Below are positions 12,851 to 26,041 of a DNA stretch of 64,000 bases, one piece after another. The notes below the pieces were generated by a model that worked only from the letters and a program-made list of their open reading frames with translations, had not been told where the DNA came from and searched no databases. The stretch lies in contig NC_043005.1 of NCBI RefSeq assembly GCF_006345805.1, positions 19,034,001-19,098,000 on the forward strand, read 5' to 3'. The translations under genes were made by a program, and so were the position numbers. The DNA is from Octopus sinensis. Lineage: Eukaryota. Each line of letters begins with the position of its first letter. The first letter of the stretch is position 1.

Positions 12851-13513
12851 CAAACAATTTCTCGCGAAGGTGAAATATATTATGTGACAAATATAAGCAA
12901 TTTGCGAGGTAAAAATGCTCAATAACTCATAAAATACTTCTGCTCCGCCTTTGATTCTTGTTTTTTTTTTCTTCTCTTTTTTATTCCTGTCAGAAAAATA
13001 AGATTTTTACAATATTTTAAGGTAAAGCTTAACAGCAGCAACAGCAACAATAACAACAGCTTCAGAGTCGGTAACCAAATCAACTTGCAATGAATGAATA
13101 GCTATAAACTGCAGCCTGAACAATAAGAACAAGAACAACAACAACAACACCAACAACAACAGCTGTAGCCGGACTAGGAATATCTAAAAGCAACAAAAAT
13201 GACATTTACCAACGGCAATAAAAATCGGTGCAATTACAATAGCAACACGAGCAATAAAACCTACGACAATGTCAACAAAAGCTGTAGCTTCATTGCTAAG
13301 AAATTTGCATCCTTAATACGTCGTTTTGGATTCGACCTCATCGGCAGAAAATAGTTCACGGAGAAGTATACTGAAATCAGAAGTATTTTCGATCTGGAAT
13401 TTGGTGTTTGGTTGCCTGTCACTGATGATCCGCAATTTACGGTGAAATAACGGGATACAGCAGTGTCATTCGTCAACTGATATAATCTGATATAATAATC
13501 TGATATAATAATT

Positions 13514-13745
13514 TAAGGCGGCGAGCTGGCAGAAACGTTAGCACGCCGGGCGAAATGCTTAGCGGTATTGAGTCTGTCGTTGCGTTCTGAGTTCAAATTC
13601 CGCCGAGGTCGACTTTGCCTTTCATCCTTTCGGGGTCGATAAATTAAGTACCAGTTACGCACTGGGGTCGATGTAATCGACTTAATCCGTTTGTCTGTCC
13701 TTGTTTGTCTCCTCTATGTTTAGCCCCTTGTGGGCAATAAAGAAA
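13514..13745 (+). mobile_element. SINE family B monomer
   Basis: aaggcggcgagctggcagaaacgttagc head, core and tail. Confidence 0.9.
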
Positions 13746-13883
13746 CATATATAATCTGTGCCTTTTTAGTATTTTTCGTCTTCATAGGATATTCACGGGA
13801 CAGAATATTTACCGCAGTCTATGGCGTTATGAATGATATCCAACTTAGGTTGGATGCGATAATAACGATTAAAACGCAAAACT

Positions 13884-13983
13884 NNNNNNNNNNNNNNNNN
13901 NNNNNNNNNNNNNNNNNNNNNNNNNNNNNNNNNNNNNNNNNNNNNNNNNNNNNNNNNNNNNNNNNNNNNNNNNNNNNNNNNNN
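13884..13983. other. Assembly gap (100 N)
   Basis: Run of N; the round length suggests a placeholder for a gap of unknown size. Confidence 0.99.
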
Positions 13984-14166
13984 CAAAATACTTGCAAAGG
14001 GATCGAACGCGGAACATCAGAAGAGCTAACTTTTTAACCACTCTCAGACGAAAAGCAAGATCTGAAAGTTATGCGCGCGGCGCGCGCGCGCGCGGCGCGC
14101 GTGTGTGGTGTGTGAGAGAGAGAGAGAGAGAGAGAGGAGGAGTGTGTGGTGCGGTGGTGTGTGTGG

Positions 14167-14548
14167 ATGGAAGCACTCCGTCGGTTACAACGACGAGGGT
14201 TCCGGTTGTCCGATCAAAGGAACAGCTTGCTCGTGAAATTAACGTGTAAGTGGCTGAGCACTCCACAGACATGTGTACTCTTAACGTAATTCTCGGGGAT
14301 TCAGCGTGACACAGAGAGTGACAAGGCCGCCCTTGAAATACAGGTACAACAGAAACAGGAAGTAAGAGAGAGAGAAAGTTTGTGGTGAAAGAGTACAGCA
14401 GGGATCACCACCATCCCTGCCGGAGCCTCGTGGAGTTTTAGGTGTTTTCGCTCAATAACACACACCAAACGCCGGTCTGGGAATCGAAACCGCGATCCTA
14501 CTACCGCGAGTCCGCTGACCTAACCACTGGGCCATTGCGCTTCCACCG
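14167..14548 (-). mobile_element. tRNA-derived SINE family D, full length
   Basis: Head ggaagcgcaatggcccagtggttagg...ggtttcgattcccagacc; near-identical to 53357 and 62919. Confidence 0.92.
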
Positions 14549-15149
14549 GGTGTGTACATGGATGAAAGATGGAATGACACCCCCAAACACATTTGATTAC
14601 CGCTTGTTCTATCGTTAGCAGATCTTAGGCTTAACGGCTCCACACAAATTATGTGTGAAATCTTAACTTTCATGTCTGCAATCAACAAACAATTTACATC
14701 GTTATCTGATTATTCACATTCGATGTCTTTCTTTTCATCATTATCAAATCATTTAATTCTTATGTCTTCTGCTATATTTATATTGAGATTGCAAAACAAT
14801 GTTTCATTATTTACGTCTATCCATTTTATATTTCATTTGAAAGTGGGTGGTAATGCATTGGTTGGTTTAAGCACTTAGTGAAGGTCTAACCTTAATACAG
14901 CCATTAATAAATATAGCAGGTAAAGCTGTATAAATCATCATCAGGTGTAATTTTGATTTCAAACATAAGAGCGAGTCTCAAGAGAGGAGGAATACAAAGA
15001 ACTATGGCAATTTATGACATTGGCAAAATACCTCACATTTTTCTGTTGGCAGTTTTCATCGGTGAATCTTTCAGCGCTCTGGTTTCAAATCATGCTGAGA
15101 TCAACTTTGCCTTTCATCCATTTGGGTCGTCGATCGATAAATAAAGCAT

Positions 15150-15355
15150 CAATCTTCTTTTCTTCTTCTTCTTCTTCTTCTTCTTTTCTTCTTCTTCTTT
15201 TCTTCTTTTCTTCTTCTTCTTCTTCTTCCTTCTTTTGTTTTTTCTTCTTCTTTCTTCTTCTTTTCCTCTCTCTTATTCTTCTTCTTCTTTCTTCTTCGTC
15301 TTCTTCCTCTCTTCTTTCTTCTTCTTCTTCTTCTTCTTCTTCTTCTTCTCTCCTT
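15150..15355. repeat. (CTT)n microsatellite
   Basis: Direct reading. Confidence 0.97.
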
Positions 15356-15590
15356 CCTCACACACACGCATACTCCTCTCTGAAGAAATTGACTATGTTC
15401 AAACCTAGAAAGGATGGACTCCACCAGCTCTAAATGCCTCAATCATGCGCATATATATACATATACATATATATATATTTATATATATATATATATATAT
15501 TATAAATGTTAAATGGGATATATATCGGTAGCATGTAATAAAAACTCCAATTATTCGGATAGCCGAGGATAAAACTCCGGTTTGATACCG

Positions 15591-15711
15591 GGTGGAAATC
15601 ACGCCGCCATCTCTTCAGTTTATCCGGCCATCGGGCCTATCTTGGAAAAAATTACAGACCTTAATATCCGATGACTGGATAACAAAAGAGATGGCGGCGT
15701 GGATTTCCACC
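15591..15711. repeat. Imperfect inverted repeat (45-bp arms, ~31-bp spacer); MITE relic or hairpin
   Basis: Left arm ggtggaaatcacgccgccatctctt... pairs with right arm ...aagagatggcggcgtggatttccacc. Confidence 0.8.
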
Positions 15712-15833
15712 TCTTTTACATAATATCGAGGTTTTTTCATTCTTTTGTTGTCTTACCATTTTAGCAATATATACATGCATATATATATATATAGAAATAT
15801 ATATATAATATATATAATATATATATATATATA

Positions 15834-16825
15834 TCTACTAGCTTAAGGTGACCCGCTCTACGCGCGGGTAAGAGTGTGGTTGTTACTTTCTGTTGCTTCC
15901 TTTCTGTTTTTTATCACCACATTCTCCCTCTTTGTTTCTCTCTCTCCTTTCTCTCTCACTTTCCCACTCTCTTACTCTTCCTTTGTCTCGAACTCTCCCT
16001 CGCTAACTCTTACTCTCTATCTTTCTCTTTCTCTCTCTCTCTCCCATTTATAAAAAAACAAAAGAGCTTGAGTAAGTTGAGAAAGAATATATTTTGAAAG
16101 ATCAATCATAAATATCAGGCAGTGACAACGGAAACGTCTGCTTCAAGGCAGACAGCAAAACACTAACATTTAAAAGGGACAGACGAACTTGTGAGCTGAA
16201 TAAAAACATAAAAAATATTGGAAACTCAAGTTTGAAGGGATAGAATCTGAGGATAGTAGAGTCAACATGGCTGGCATTTCTTAACGACGGACAGCAACGT
16301 AGTGGCAGTTTAACAGCTGGCCTAAAATTTTGAACTTGATGTAAAAGAAAATTCCTAAACACCAGGTTTTGAAGTGATTCTTTCTCACGACAGTAGACTC
16401 ACCATGGCAAGCATTCAAAACTTCTTCATCATGGACGGCAACACATTGACGATTTAAAGGCTGGCGCAAAGTTTGTAGCTTGATGTAACAGAGAATTCCT
16501 AAACACCCGCTCCTGTAAATTTTAATCCCCTTCAAGCCCCATTTAGACCTATTTTCACATTTTGGTTAATATAACCCGATTTAATTCGGGTCTATTCGAG
16601 CCACGTTTTATAAGATGAGCAATTTTGTCCTAGAGGTCACGCCTTTCATTTGAGGAAAAAAATAGTTGCCATGCCACTCGCCAGCACTTTTAACATAGGT
16701 GTGCATATTTTCAGCACAACCGACCACATAATGCACCATTATATTATATATAGATATATATATATATATATATAATATATATATACGCTATTATATATGT
16801 GCGTGTGTGTACGCATTATATATAC

Positions 16826-16873
<48 letters not shown>

Positions 16874-17685
16874 ATATATATATACTAATCCATATATATA
16901 TATAAATTAGAGATAAAACTACTATTAGGCAGATCAAACAGTGAAAACATAACCAATATAAAAATAAAAATAAAATACCAAAATATATAAAATTAAAAAA
17001 TTTAGATTATTTAAATTTAAAATTAAAATTATTAATTTATATTTATAATTTAAAAAAATATAACTCTCAAAAAGTATTAAAAAGTTTAATATACATAAAT
17101 ACAGATATATACACTTTGTATATATACATTATATATACATATTTATATATAGAACACACACACACTCACACACACACATATAAATAACCCAATAAATAAT
17201 ATCTGATGCATAATATTTGTTCTCATGATTGTGTGGTTGTGGTGGCGATGATAATTCTCTCTGTGAATGCAGACAGACGTAGAGAGAGAGAGAGAGTGTA
17301 AAAGCGCTGTCGAAGGCGGCGGGGGATAGGACGCTGTGAAACGACGTTATAGAGAGAAAGTGAAGGTAAGGGAGGTAGACGCTGTGAAACGACGTCATAG
17401 ATAGAACGTGATGGGAAGGGAGGAAAGAGAGTGAGTGATGGAGGAAGACAGATACATAAAAGAATGAGAGTAGACTTGCCAAAGTGCGTTTTTGGCCCTA
17501 GCAACAACACCTTTTTAAGATAGAGATTTCTAACCTAGCCCACTCGCATCCTCACCTCATTTTACATGTCCCTGTAAATTTTGGAGTCAATCTGACGGGA
17601 TCTAGTGGCCTTTAACCCGTTCTCAATGCCAAAACCAGACAAACAAACAAACAAACTTTTCGCATTTCAGAATTGATCATTGTAA
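15834..17685 (+). mobile_element. Non-autonomous Helitron-like (Lep1/DINE-type) element; may be composite
   Basis: 5' TCTACTAG plus acccg...cgggt hairpin; internal diverged ~145-bp tandem units; 3' (ACAA)n then ctttcgcattt; (TA)n flanks. Continuity of the whole span is inferred. Confidence 0.45.
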
Positions 17686-17748
17686 TATATATATTATATA
17701 TATATATTATATAAATATATATATATATATATAATATATATACATATA

Positions 17749-19442
17749 TAGGGGTCGGATAAATAATGGAAACACCTAGCATCATAGTACCATAATTTTG
17801 AAATATCTATAAAAATGTCAAAAGCTTGTTTATTTTTATGTTTTTGATTTATTATTAGTGTTGCTTAAGATGTTTGCTAAAATTAGTGTTTCTTTTCAGA
17901 TACCATCAGAAAAAGCTAACTAAAATTCATTTATATGACAGATCTATCGAACTTTCAAAGAGGTTAAATCGTTGGTGATCATATGGCAGGCGCTAGCGTA
18001 ACGAAAACAGCCGAAATGTTTGGTGTATCAAGAAGTACTGTGTCGAAAGTAATTATATAGGCGCAGGAGTGGCTGTGTGGTAGGTAGCTTGTTTACCAAC
18101 CACATGGTTCCGGGTTCAGTCCCACTGCGTGGCACCTTGGTCAAGTGTCTTCTTCTTTAGCCTCGGGCTGACCAAAGCCTTGTGAGTGGATTTGGTAGAC
18201 GGAAACTGAAAGAAGCCCGTCGTATATATGTATATATATATAGGGTGTGTGTGTGTGTTTTTGTGTGTGTCTGTGTTGTCTTCCTAGCATGCTTGACAAC
18301 CGATGCTGGTATGTTTATGTCCCCGTTACTTAGCGGTTCGGCAAAAGAGACCGATAGAATAAGTACTGGGCTTACAAAAGAATAAGTCTCGGGGTCGAGT
18401 TGCTCGATTAAAGGCGGTGCTCCAGCATGGCCGCAGTCAAATGACTGAAAAAAGTAAAAGAATAAAAGAAAGAATAAAGAATAGCCTTTGAGAAAGAGGG
18501 AAAAACCTCCCCGTCTAAACAAAACTCCGGAAGAAAACCAAAACTTTCAGATTGGGACCGTCGGACTATTACGCAAATTGGTAGAAAGGATCACAAAAGT
18601 ACAGCTCCAAAAATTACGTGAAATGACCACCTCGAGAACCCAGTTTCCACAAAACTTCTTCACCGGGAGCTGCACAAAGCCGGATTTCACGGGAGAGCTG
18701 CAGTCAGAAAACCACCACTTTCAAAAACAAACGTTGCAAAGCGCGTTTACAGTGGAGTAAAAACCGACAGAATTGGTCCCTAGAGCAGTGGAAGAAAGTT
18801 ATTTTCTCGGCGAGTCATCCTTTACCTTATTTCCGAACACCGGCGAGTATACGTGTGGAGACATCCAAAAGAAGCATTTGACCCAGACTGCTTTCTTCCA
18901 ACTGTTAACTATGGAGGAGGATTTGTGATGATCTGGGTGGTGTCTATATCTTGGAAATCCACCGGACCAATGGCTTCCCTTCATGGCAGAATTAATAGTC
19001 AAGAATATTTAAGCATTTTATCTGATCAAATTCATCCTATGGTTGTGGAACTGTTTCAGGATGGAAACAAACTTTCAGGATGATAATGCACCAATTCACA
19101 CAGCTAAATTTGTTACTGAATGCCGCGAGGAACATTCTAGTGAAGTTGAACATCTTATCTGGCCACCACAGTCATCAGATCTCAATATTATTGAACATTT
19201 ATGGTGCGTTTTAGAAAAACAAGTAAGGAGTCGATATCCTCCACCATCATCACCACAAGAACTGGATGGAGACTGTTTTAGTTGAAGAATGGACAAAAAT
19301 TCCTTTGAATCAATTCAAACTTTGTACGAGTCCATACCTCATAGAATTCAAACTGTAATTTCTGCTAAAGGCAGTCCTACCCTATATTAAAATAAATTTG
19401 TTTGAAATTTTAAGGTGTTTCCATTATTTTGTCCAACGCCTA
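17749..19442 (+). mobile_element. Tc1-family DNA transposon, decayed, both TIRs present, interrupted by a SINE
   Basis: TIRs ggggtcggataaataatggaaacacct / aggtgtttccattattttgtccaacgcc in TA context. Peptides AGASVTKTAEMFGVSRSTVSKV, SGRKPKLS, TVNYGGGFVMIW, FQDDNAPIH, WPPQSSDLNIIEHLW. Confidence 0.93.
18059..18482 (+). mobile_element. SINE family A inserted in the Tc1 transposase HTH region
   Basis: Full head-to-tail copy; transposase sequence resumes directly after it. Confidence 0.92.
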
Positions 19443-19445
19443 TAT

Positions 19446-19492
<47 letters not shown>

Positions 19493-19750
19493 AAATGAGA
19501 CAAGAACGCGAAACATCCAGAAGACGATACAAAAAACACGGACGGGTCATTCGAAGCCTTTAATCTTCCGTCATGAACCTGATCATCCTAGCAATTTCGG
19601 CTGATTAATCTTGAGATTGCTCCAATCTGGCCAGCCCCAAGGAAAAACTAAGAGCATTAGATTTTTGGGAAAAAAGCTTCGAATGTATACGAAACAAGGA
19701 CGGAATAACGGACGATGTTACACGAATATAAAAAATAAAAGAAAAAAAAC

Positions 19751-19785
<35 letters not shown>

Positions 19786-20099
19786 TAATAATAATAATAA
19801 CAGGACATAATAACAGACGGCTTTCGACTGAAGACGAATTGAATTCAGCTGGCGTGTTAGGAATTAAGCCTTACGGCAGAGGAAAAATGTCGATGTGACA
19901 GCAACCGCTGCCAAACGCAAAAAGGCTAGTAGTCGGCCAACGGTCACGTGAGAAGGGAAGAGAGAGGAAAAGAGGAACAAAGGAATTAAGGAGGGGAGAA
20001 GAGAAAGAAAAAGAGGAACAAAGGAATTAAGGAGGGGGAGAAGAGAGAGAGAGAGAGAGCGAGAAAAAGGGAACACACACATACACATATATATATGCG

Positions 20100-20255
20100 G
20101 CGGCCTTCTTTCAGTTTCCGTCTACCAAATCCACTCACAAGGCTTTGGTCGGCACGAGGCTATAGTAGAAGACACTTGCCCAAAGTGTCATGCAGTGGGA
20201 CTGAACCCGGAACCATGTGGTTGGTAAGCAAGCTACTTACCACACAGCCACTCAA
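20100..20255 (-). mobile_element. SINE family A, 5' part
   Basis: Match to 7380-7535. Confidence 0.88.
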
Positions 20256-20914
20256 GCGAGGTTCATACGATTAATGTTTGATTCAATAGATTGAAAACTG
20301 TTAAGAGATTCAAGAATGACTTTTCTTGTGAAATCCAAAAGTATTACGTCGTAAAACCTAGAGAAATTTTAATGGTTGAATAGGAAAACTTTTAATAAGT
20401 TCCAAACTACTTTTAATGGTTCCAGATAGTTTTAATTGAAGAAACAACGAAGATTTAATTGAAAAGTCTAGAAGGGCCTATTGCAGGAACTGGGAGAGAT
20501 GTTATTGAGAAATTCCTAGGGATGTTATTGAGATGTTATTGAGAAATTCCTAGAGATTTTGCATGAAATTTGAAAATGATTTAAGCGAGAGAAAAATATG
20601 AAAATTTGCTTTATGAATTAATGGTTTATCGGTAACGCTGTTTTTCTCCTCTCCACCGTCTTATGATGATGTAATGTCTAATAATATTACTGGATGCTAA
20701 TTATTAATTATTTAGTCTAGGAAAGAAGAACACACCATTAACCCTTTTTTGCAGGGCTTCAGAAACAGGACAGAAAGTTGAAAAAGAAGCAGATCTTTAT
20801 ATCCCCAGGACAACGATCTGGTTTGAATATAGAAAAAGACACCCAAAGATGTCAAATAGGTGAGTTGGATCCACCATTTAAAAGCAGATGCAGTACATCT
20901 GACAGTCTTACTCT

Positions 20915-21320
20915 TTTTACTCTTACTCTCTTTTACTTGTTTCAGTCATTTGACTGCGGCCATGCTGCAGCACTGTCTTTAGTCGAGCAAATCGACCCCA
21001 GGACTTATTCTCTAGAAGCCTAGTACTTATTCTATCAATCACTTTTGCCGAACCGCTAAATTACAGGGACGTAAACACATCACTATCGGTTGTCAAGCGA
21101 TGTTGGGGGACAAAGACACAAACATATACACACACATATATATATATACATATATACGACGAACTTCTTTCAGTTTCCGTCTACCAAATCCACTCACAAG
21201 GGTTTGGTCGGCCCGAGGCTATAATAGAAGACACTTGCCCAAGGTGCTACACAGTGGGACTGAACCCGGAACCATGTGGTTGGTAAGCAAGCTACTTACC
21301 ATACAGCCACTCCTGCGCCT
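20915..21320 (-). mobile_element. SINE family A, full length
   Basis: Match to 7141-7540. Confidence 0.9.
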
Positions 21321-21709
21321 TATTTTATTTTAACGTATTACAAACTAAATGTGCTTATAATCTGGATAGTATGTGGTCTTAGATGGCGTAGATTCCGTCC
21401 ACCCAATTTCATTAATAAGGTCACGGTCGATCTGAGGCTACGGTAAATTATACAATTTTCCAAGATGAGGCGGCGTGGGATCGAACCCAAAATCCCGCAA
21501 TATCAGCTAAAACGTCGTAACCATGGAAAATAAATCTTTGGCTGTATTTAGTTTTGTCGTTTATACGTTCTGGGTTCAAATCCGGTTAGGGTTGAAGTTG
21601 GTTACTATCGACCTGAAGATCGATCAAAATATGCACTAGTCATGAGCCGACGTTGATCCAGTCGACCATGCCCTCCACCCACTAAATTTGTGGCGTTGCT
21701 ACATATTTA

Positions 21710-22070
21710 TTCTTTTACTCTTTTACTTGTTTCAGTCATTTGACTGCGGCCATGCTGGAGCACCACCTTTACTCGAGCAAATCGACCTCAGGACTTATTC
21801 TTTGGAAGCCTAGTGCTTATTCTATCGGTCATTTTTGCCGAACCGCTAGATTACGGGGACGTAAACACACCACCATCGGTCGTCAAGGCTGTTGGATAGG
21901 GGGGAGGACAAACACAAACACACAAACATATACACACACATACATATATACGACGAGCTTCTTTCAGTTTCCGTGTACCAAAGCCACTCACAAGGCTTTG
22001 CTCGGCCCGAGGCTATAGTAGAAGACACTTGCCCAAGGTGCCACGCAGTGGAACTGAACCCGGAACCATG
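21710..22070 (-). mobile_element. SINE family A, head truncated
   Basis: Match to 7141-7500. Confidence 0.9.
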
Positions 22071-23540
22071 CGTATATTATAAATAACTTTGTTGTCTACA
22101 TTGATATTTTTCCTTGCTGCTGCTGCTGCTGCTGTTGTTGTTATTATTATTATTGTTGTTGTTGTTGTTGTTGTTGTTCTTCTTCTTCTTCTTCTTCTTC
22201 TTCTTCTCTTCTTCTTCATTCTCTCCCCGCGTCCTAGTGTTTGTTGTATTCGTTTCTGCCATCCCAATTAAACAAGTTAATAGTTAAATAGTTAAACATC
22301 AGTAGCTAATCAGCCTACCAATGAAGAATATGAAATGGCGGAAGGGGAGTGGGGGAGACCCCAAAAATAATGACAACGCCAACAATATCAACAACACTAA
22401 CATTCACAATAAAAAACAATAAAAATTATACCAATGAAAAAGACAGAACAAAAAAAAAAACCCAAAGCACTACACAGTAGCTACTCACTCCCATAAAAAC
22501 AAAAAGAAACAAAAAAGCAAAAGAAAAAAAACCAAAACAAACAAAATCAAAGCCGAGAAGTCATATTAAAAACTCAATCAAAATCTTAATTGATTAAATG
22601 TGGTGTTTAAAGAATGAAAAGAATGCGATGGAGTCATACAGTCTGTGCCAACTGTATTTAATAGTCGAAATTATTTGGTGTGTAAATTAAAATCCCATAT
22701 TGTCACTGTTGTTTTTGTTTAACCCGATGTCAAACAGAATCGATTGAACCTGGGATCAATGGCATTCCAGCCGTGACAGGCCCGTCTTTTTGTATATCTT
22801 GGAGTATATTATCAGGGCAGTGTCCCAGCGTGGCTGCAGCTGAATGACTGTCAGAAGAAAAAGATGGAGAAGATAGAAAAAGTTGTACAAGCAGATGGGA
22901 CCTAGAATGGTTAACTTTAGTCTCATTGTCACGTCCAGCTATGATTACGTGACGGCTGTAGGTGGTGATTGGTCAAATGTTAATTTTCGTCGGTTTCACA
23001 AAGTTTCAGAGGAGTATTATCTCGTCTCCTTTATAGGCATATCGTATTCAGGACTGGGTTGACCAAACCATACGTTTATCCATTTTTAGCATGCTACTGT
23101 GTCGATTAAAGATGATTTAACTGCCTTTTCTAGCAGGTCGAGGTACCATATAGTGGTTCTCAGTTGGCTCGGAACAATAACTAGCATTCTCTAATCGAGT
23201 CCAATCCATTTGCTCACCACCATTATAGCCACCAGAAAAATTTACACGCAAAAGAAACAATTGGATGCTGGAAAGTGCATTCTTTCCTAACTGTCCTACA
23301 GTACCTCAAATGAAGATTAATATGTGTCAGCGTAGCTACAGTAAAACTACAAGTTTGTGGATTGCATTTAGCCGATCTATCCAATGACCTACGAACCTTA
23401 AGTAAAATCCAAAATCGGAAAAGAAATGTATGGGTCTCTGTCGCCCTCAATATGTCTTCTAAAAGGAAGGGCATGAGTTAAAATAAATGTAGCTGCTTAC
23501 TGGGTAGGGTAAAAGAGGTTCAAGCCCTTTATTATTATTA

Positions 23541-24096
23541 TTGAGTGAGAGGTCAGCTCATGCCACCAAAGTGACACTGGGGTAAAATATACGAAGCCCA
23601 GTGTACCCATCATGACTTCGCGTCTGATAAGAGTACACTAGGGACATGCATCACAACCATATGTACTCGACATGGTGATCTCATATCAAAATAAACAGCA
23701 CATGACCTTGCAGGTGGGGCCCAGTTAGAATTTTCTTCTGGTCGAGTAGCCCATCCCGCTCGAAAGGTCCCCGAATAAGCGTTCTTTAAGGATGTTGAAC
23801 GAAACACCCATGTTTCCAGAGGTGAATTATCCAAACCTCTAAGAATTCCTTTCGATACAGGGCTATGATGCTCCCCCACTATTTCTGCACATGATCAGAG
23901 ATGCACATATCGTCAGCCATTAAGGGACATGGTCAAGTGGTTATGGTCAAACAACTGGCAAGCAAATCTGTGGTATTGAGCAGAATATTTGCTGTAGCCC
24001 ATCTTTCATACCAGAACAAAACAATGTACATGATAACACTTCCAATCAGTTAAGATCAGAAGCCACGAGAGCCACTGCCTGGTACTGCATCAGGGC

Positions 24097-24100
<4 letters not shown>
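23541..24100 (-). mobile_element. Unclassified ~550-bp interspersed element (family C), flanked by (ATT)n
   Basis: Near-identical to 26462, 37892 (inverted), 39094 (inverted, partial) and 47929. Strand assigned by assuming the (AAT)n tail is 3'. Confidence 0.85.
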
Positions 24101-24151
<51 letters not shown>

Positions 24152-24699
24152 GCTTTATTGTACTTATGAAAGGTAATATTTATTTTGGACCTTTGCGTTG
24201 AGTTTAAACCCCACCACGGTCAAATATGCTTTTCATCCTTTCCAGGCAAGTACCAGGGTCGATGGTATAGACTAACTTACGCGCTCAATGTTGCTAAACT
24301 AACAGCGGCAGCAACTTCAAGAATTTGGACCTGGAGATCTCCATTTCCAGCGACTTCGAGGGCCACCTCCCAGTGGTGTTGGGCGTCAACGAAGAGCCCT
24401 CGTCTACAACAAGACGACCAACGATTTTTTTTTCCAAGGTCTGGGGTCTCCCGCCCCTAAGCCCTAGACCATCACCTAATCACCCTTACCCGTCTTGTTG
24501 CTTAACAACAACAACAACAGCAGCAGCAACAACAAAAGGAATAGCAGTAGAAGCAACAGCAACGAACACAACAGAGAACTAACCAACATCTATGGCTTCC
24601 ACTTACCACACAGCAACAAAAACAACAACAGCATAAGAATCCCTCTAAACAACAACTTTGTCAATAGAAAAACAGTGAAAAGCTAGGCAAGGTTTTCCC

Positions 24700-25985
24700 T
24701 TCCCGTTTTCGGAGCAGTCAGATATGTCCTACGGCGAGAAGGTTGACGAAGAGCCTAAATGGCTCTAATAACGCTGTAAGACGCTGGACAGAGGGACCGG
24801 TTAAATTGCTTGGGCTCTGCTTTGGTTCAGATCTCTCTCGGTGAAGGTCTTGGACGAAGTGACGAGCAGGGTGGCCAGTCTCAACCAGAAATGGGACGAG
24901 AGAAAGCTATCCCTGAACGATCGGGCAAAGATGGTGAATGTCTACATCGCGTCCGTTATATATTATTGTCTTACCCCAGTTTACGTCTGATCAAACTAGA
25001 GTGCGTACTCTTCTACTCTCTGTGGAAAGAGTGTATCTACTGGTAAGGCTTTCCTTTTGCTACTAACACCTGTTGAATGGAGGGCTAGGCATGCTGTGGC
25101 TACCGATACACAGAAATGCACTGGGGCTGCGACATCTTCAGTGCTTCCTAGACGGTGAACAGGTGTCATCGTCCTTTGTCAGACACGATTTTCTACAGTT
25201 CAATTCTTTGTCTGAGCCGTAGTCATGGATCAAGCGTATTCCGAAAAAGGGCGCCTGGCACCAAGAGTGTCGTCAGGTGCTCACAGTCCTCCGTCAGTCG
25301 GGAAATTCGCTTGGTGGAAGTTCCACTCAAGCGTTTTATGGAGGTTTAATGGCGGGCGAGTGTGATGACGTTCATGTGGAGTCTCTGGGTGTCGATGAGA
25401 ATGAGGTGGCTGGTCTGTTCCGGTGAACTTTCGAGTCGGGGTCTATGGGTAACATCCAGAAATCTTTGCTACCGGGGGGTGGGGGGCACTGACAATTCGG
25501 TATAAACTCTACAGGCATGAAAATGCCGTTAACCGAGCTTGTTCGAGGTGCATGCGGATCGATGAAACTGATCTGCACGCTCTTGTCCAGTGATAAAGAC
25601 AAACACTTTCCTCTTTGGCCAAGCCTTCATTGAATTTTCAACTTTTCTCACCAGAAAAGGAAAGTATAGGGTAGAGAGGGAAGTGGTGCTTCCAGACAAT
25701 TTTGTTAAAAGTGGGCGAATGTAACGCGAATGACCCGAGTGAACGGGTCTACGTTAAGCATGCGCTTTTAGATCGAGGGTGGATGAAGTGGAGAGGGTAC
25801 TTGCCCAAAAGGTCAGGGCGATCGTGGTGGTTTTTTGGAGGATTTCCACGAGCAACCCATAGAAGTCTCCTTCATTTTGGGGGTGGGGTTGGGATTTAAT
25901 TGTTATAATTTTTATTTTCATTCTGTTTTTACACGCTTCAATCTCACTCTATTTGTGTTACCCTCAGTGGTGAATAAAGAAAAGA
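24700..25985 (+). mobile_element. L1/Tx1-clade LINE 3' remnant
   Basis: WTEGPVKLLG, KWDERKLSLNDRAKMVNVYIASVIYY, LNGGLGML, decayed CSRC..LHALVQ knuckle; ends in a T-rich UTR with aataaa near 25973. Confidence 0.8.
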
Positions 25986-26041
25986 TTATTATTATTAGTA
26001 TTATCCTTATTATTATTGTTGTTGTTGTTGTTGTTGTCCTT

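Noticed and set aside
13261-13476. 71-aa minus-strand ORF with an internal tttcag acceptor
   Set aside because: No donor or homology; cannot be linked across the gap
13750-13883. Strong acceptor (cttcatag) and open frame running into the gap
   Set aside because: Truncated by Ns and peptide unrecognised; cannot be evaluated
19470-19990. Probable interspersed repeat with an internal (AAT)n and a ctgaaga motif
   Set aside because: Single copy here; no valid hammerhead topology could be built and the class cannot be supported
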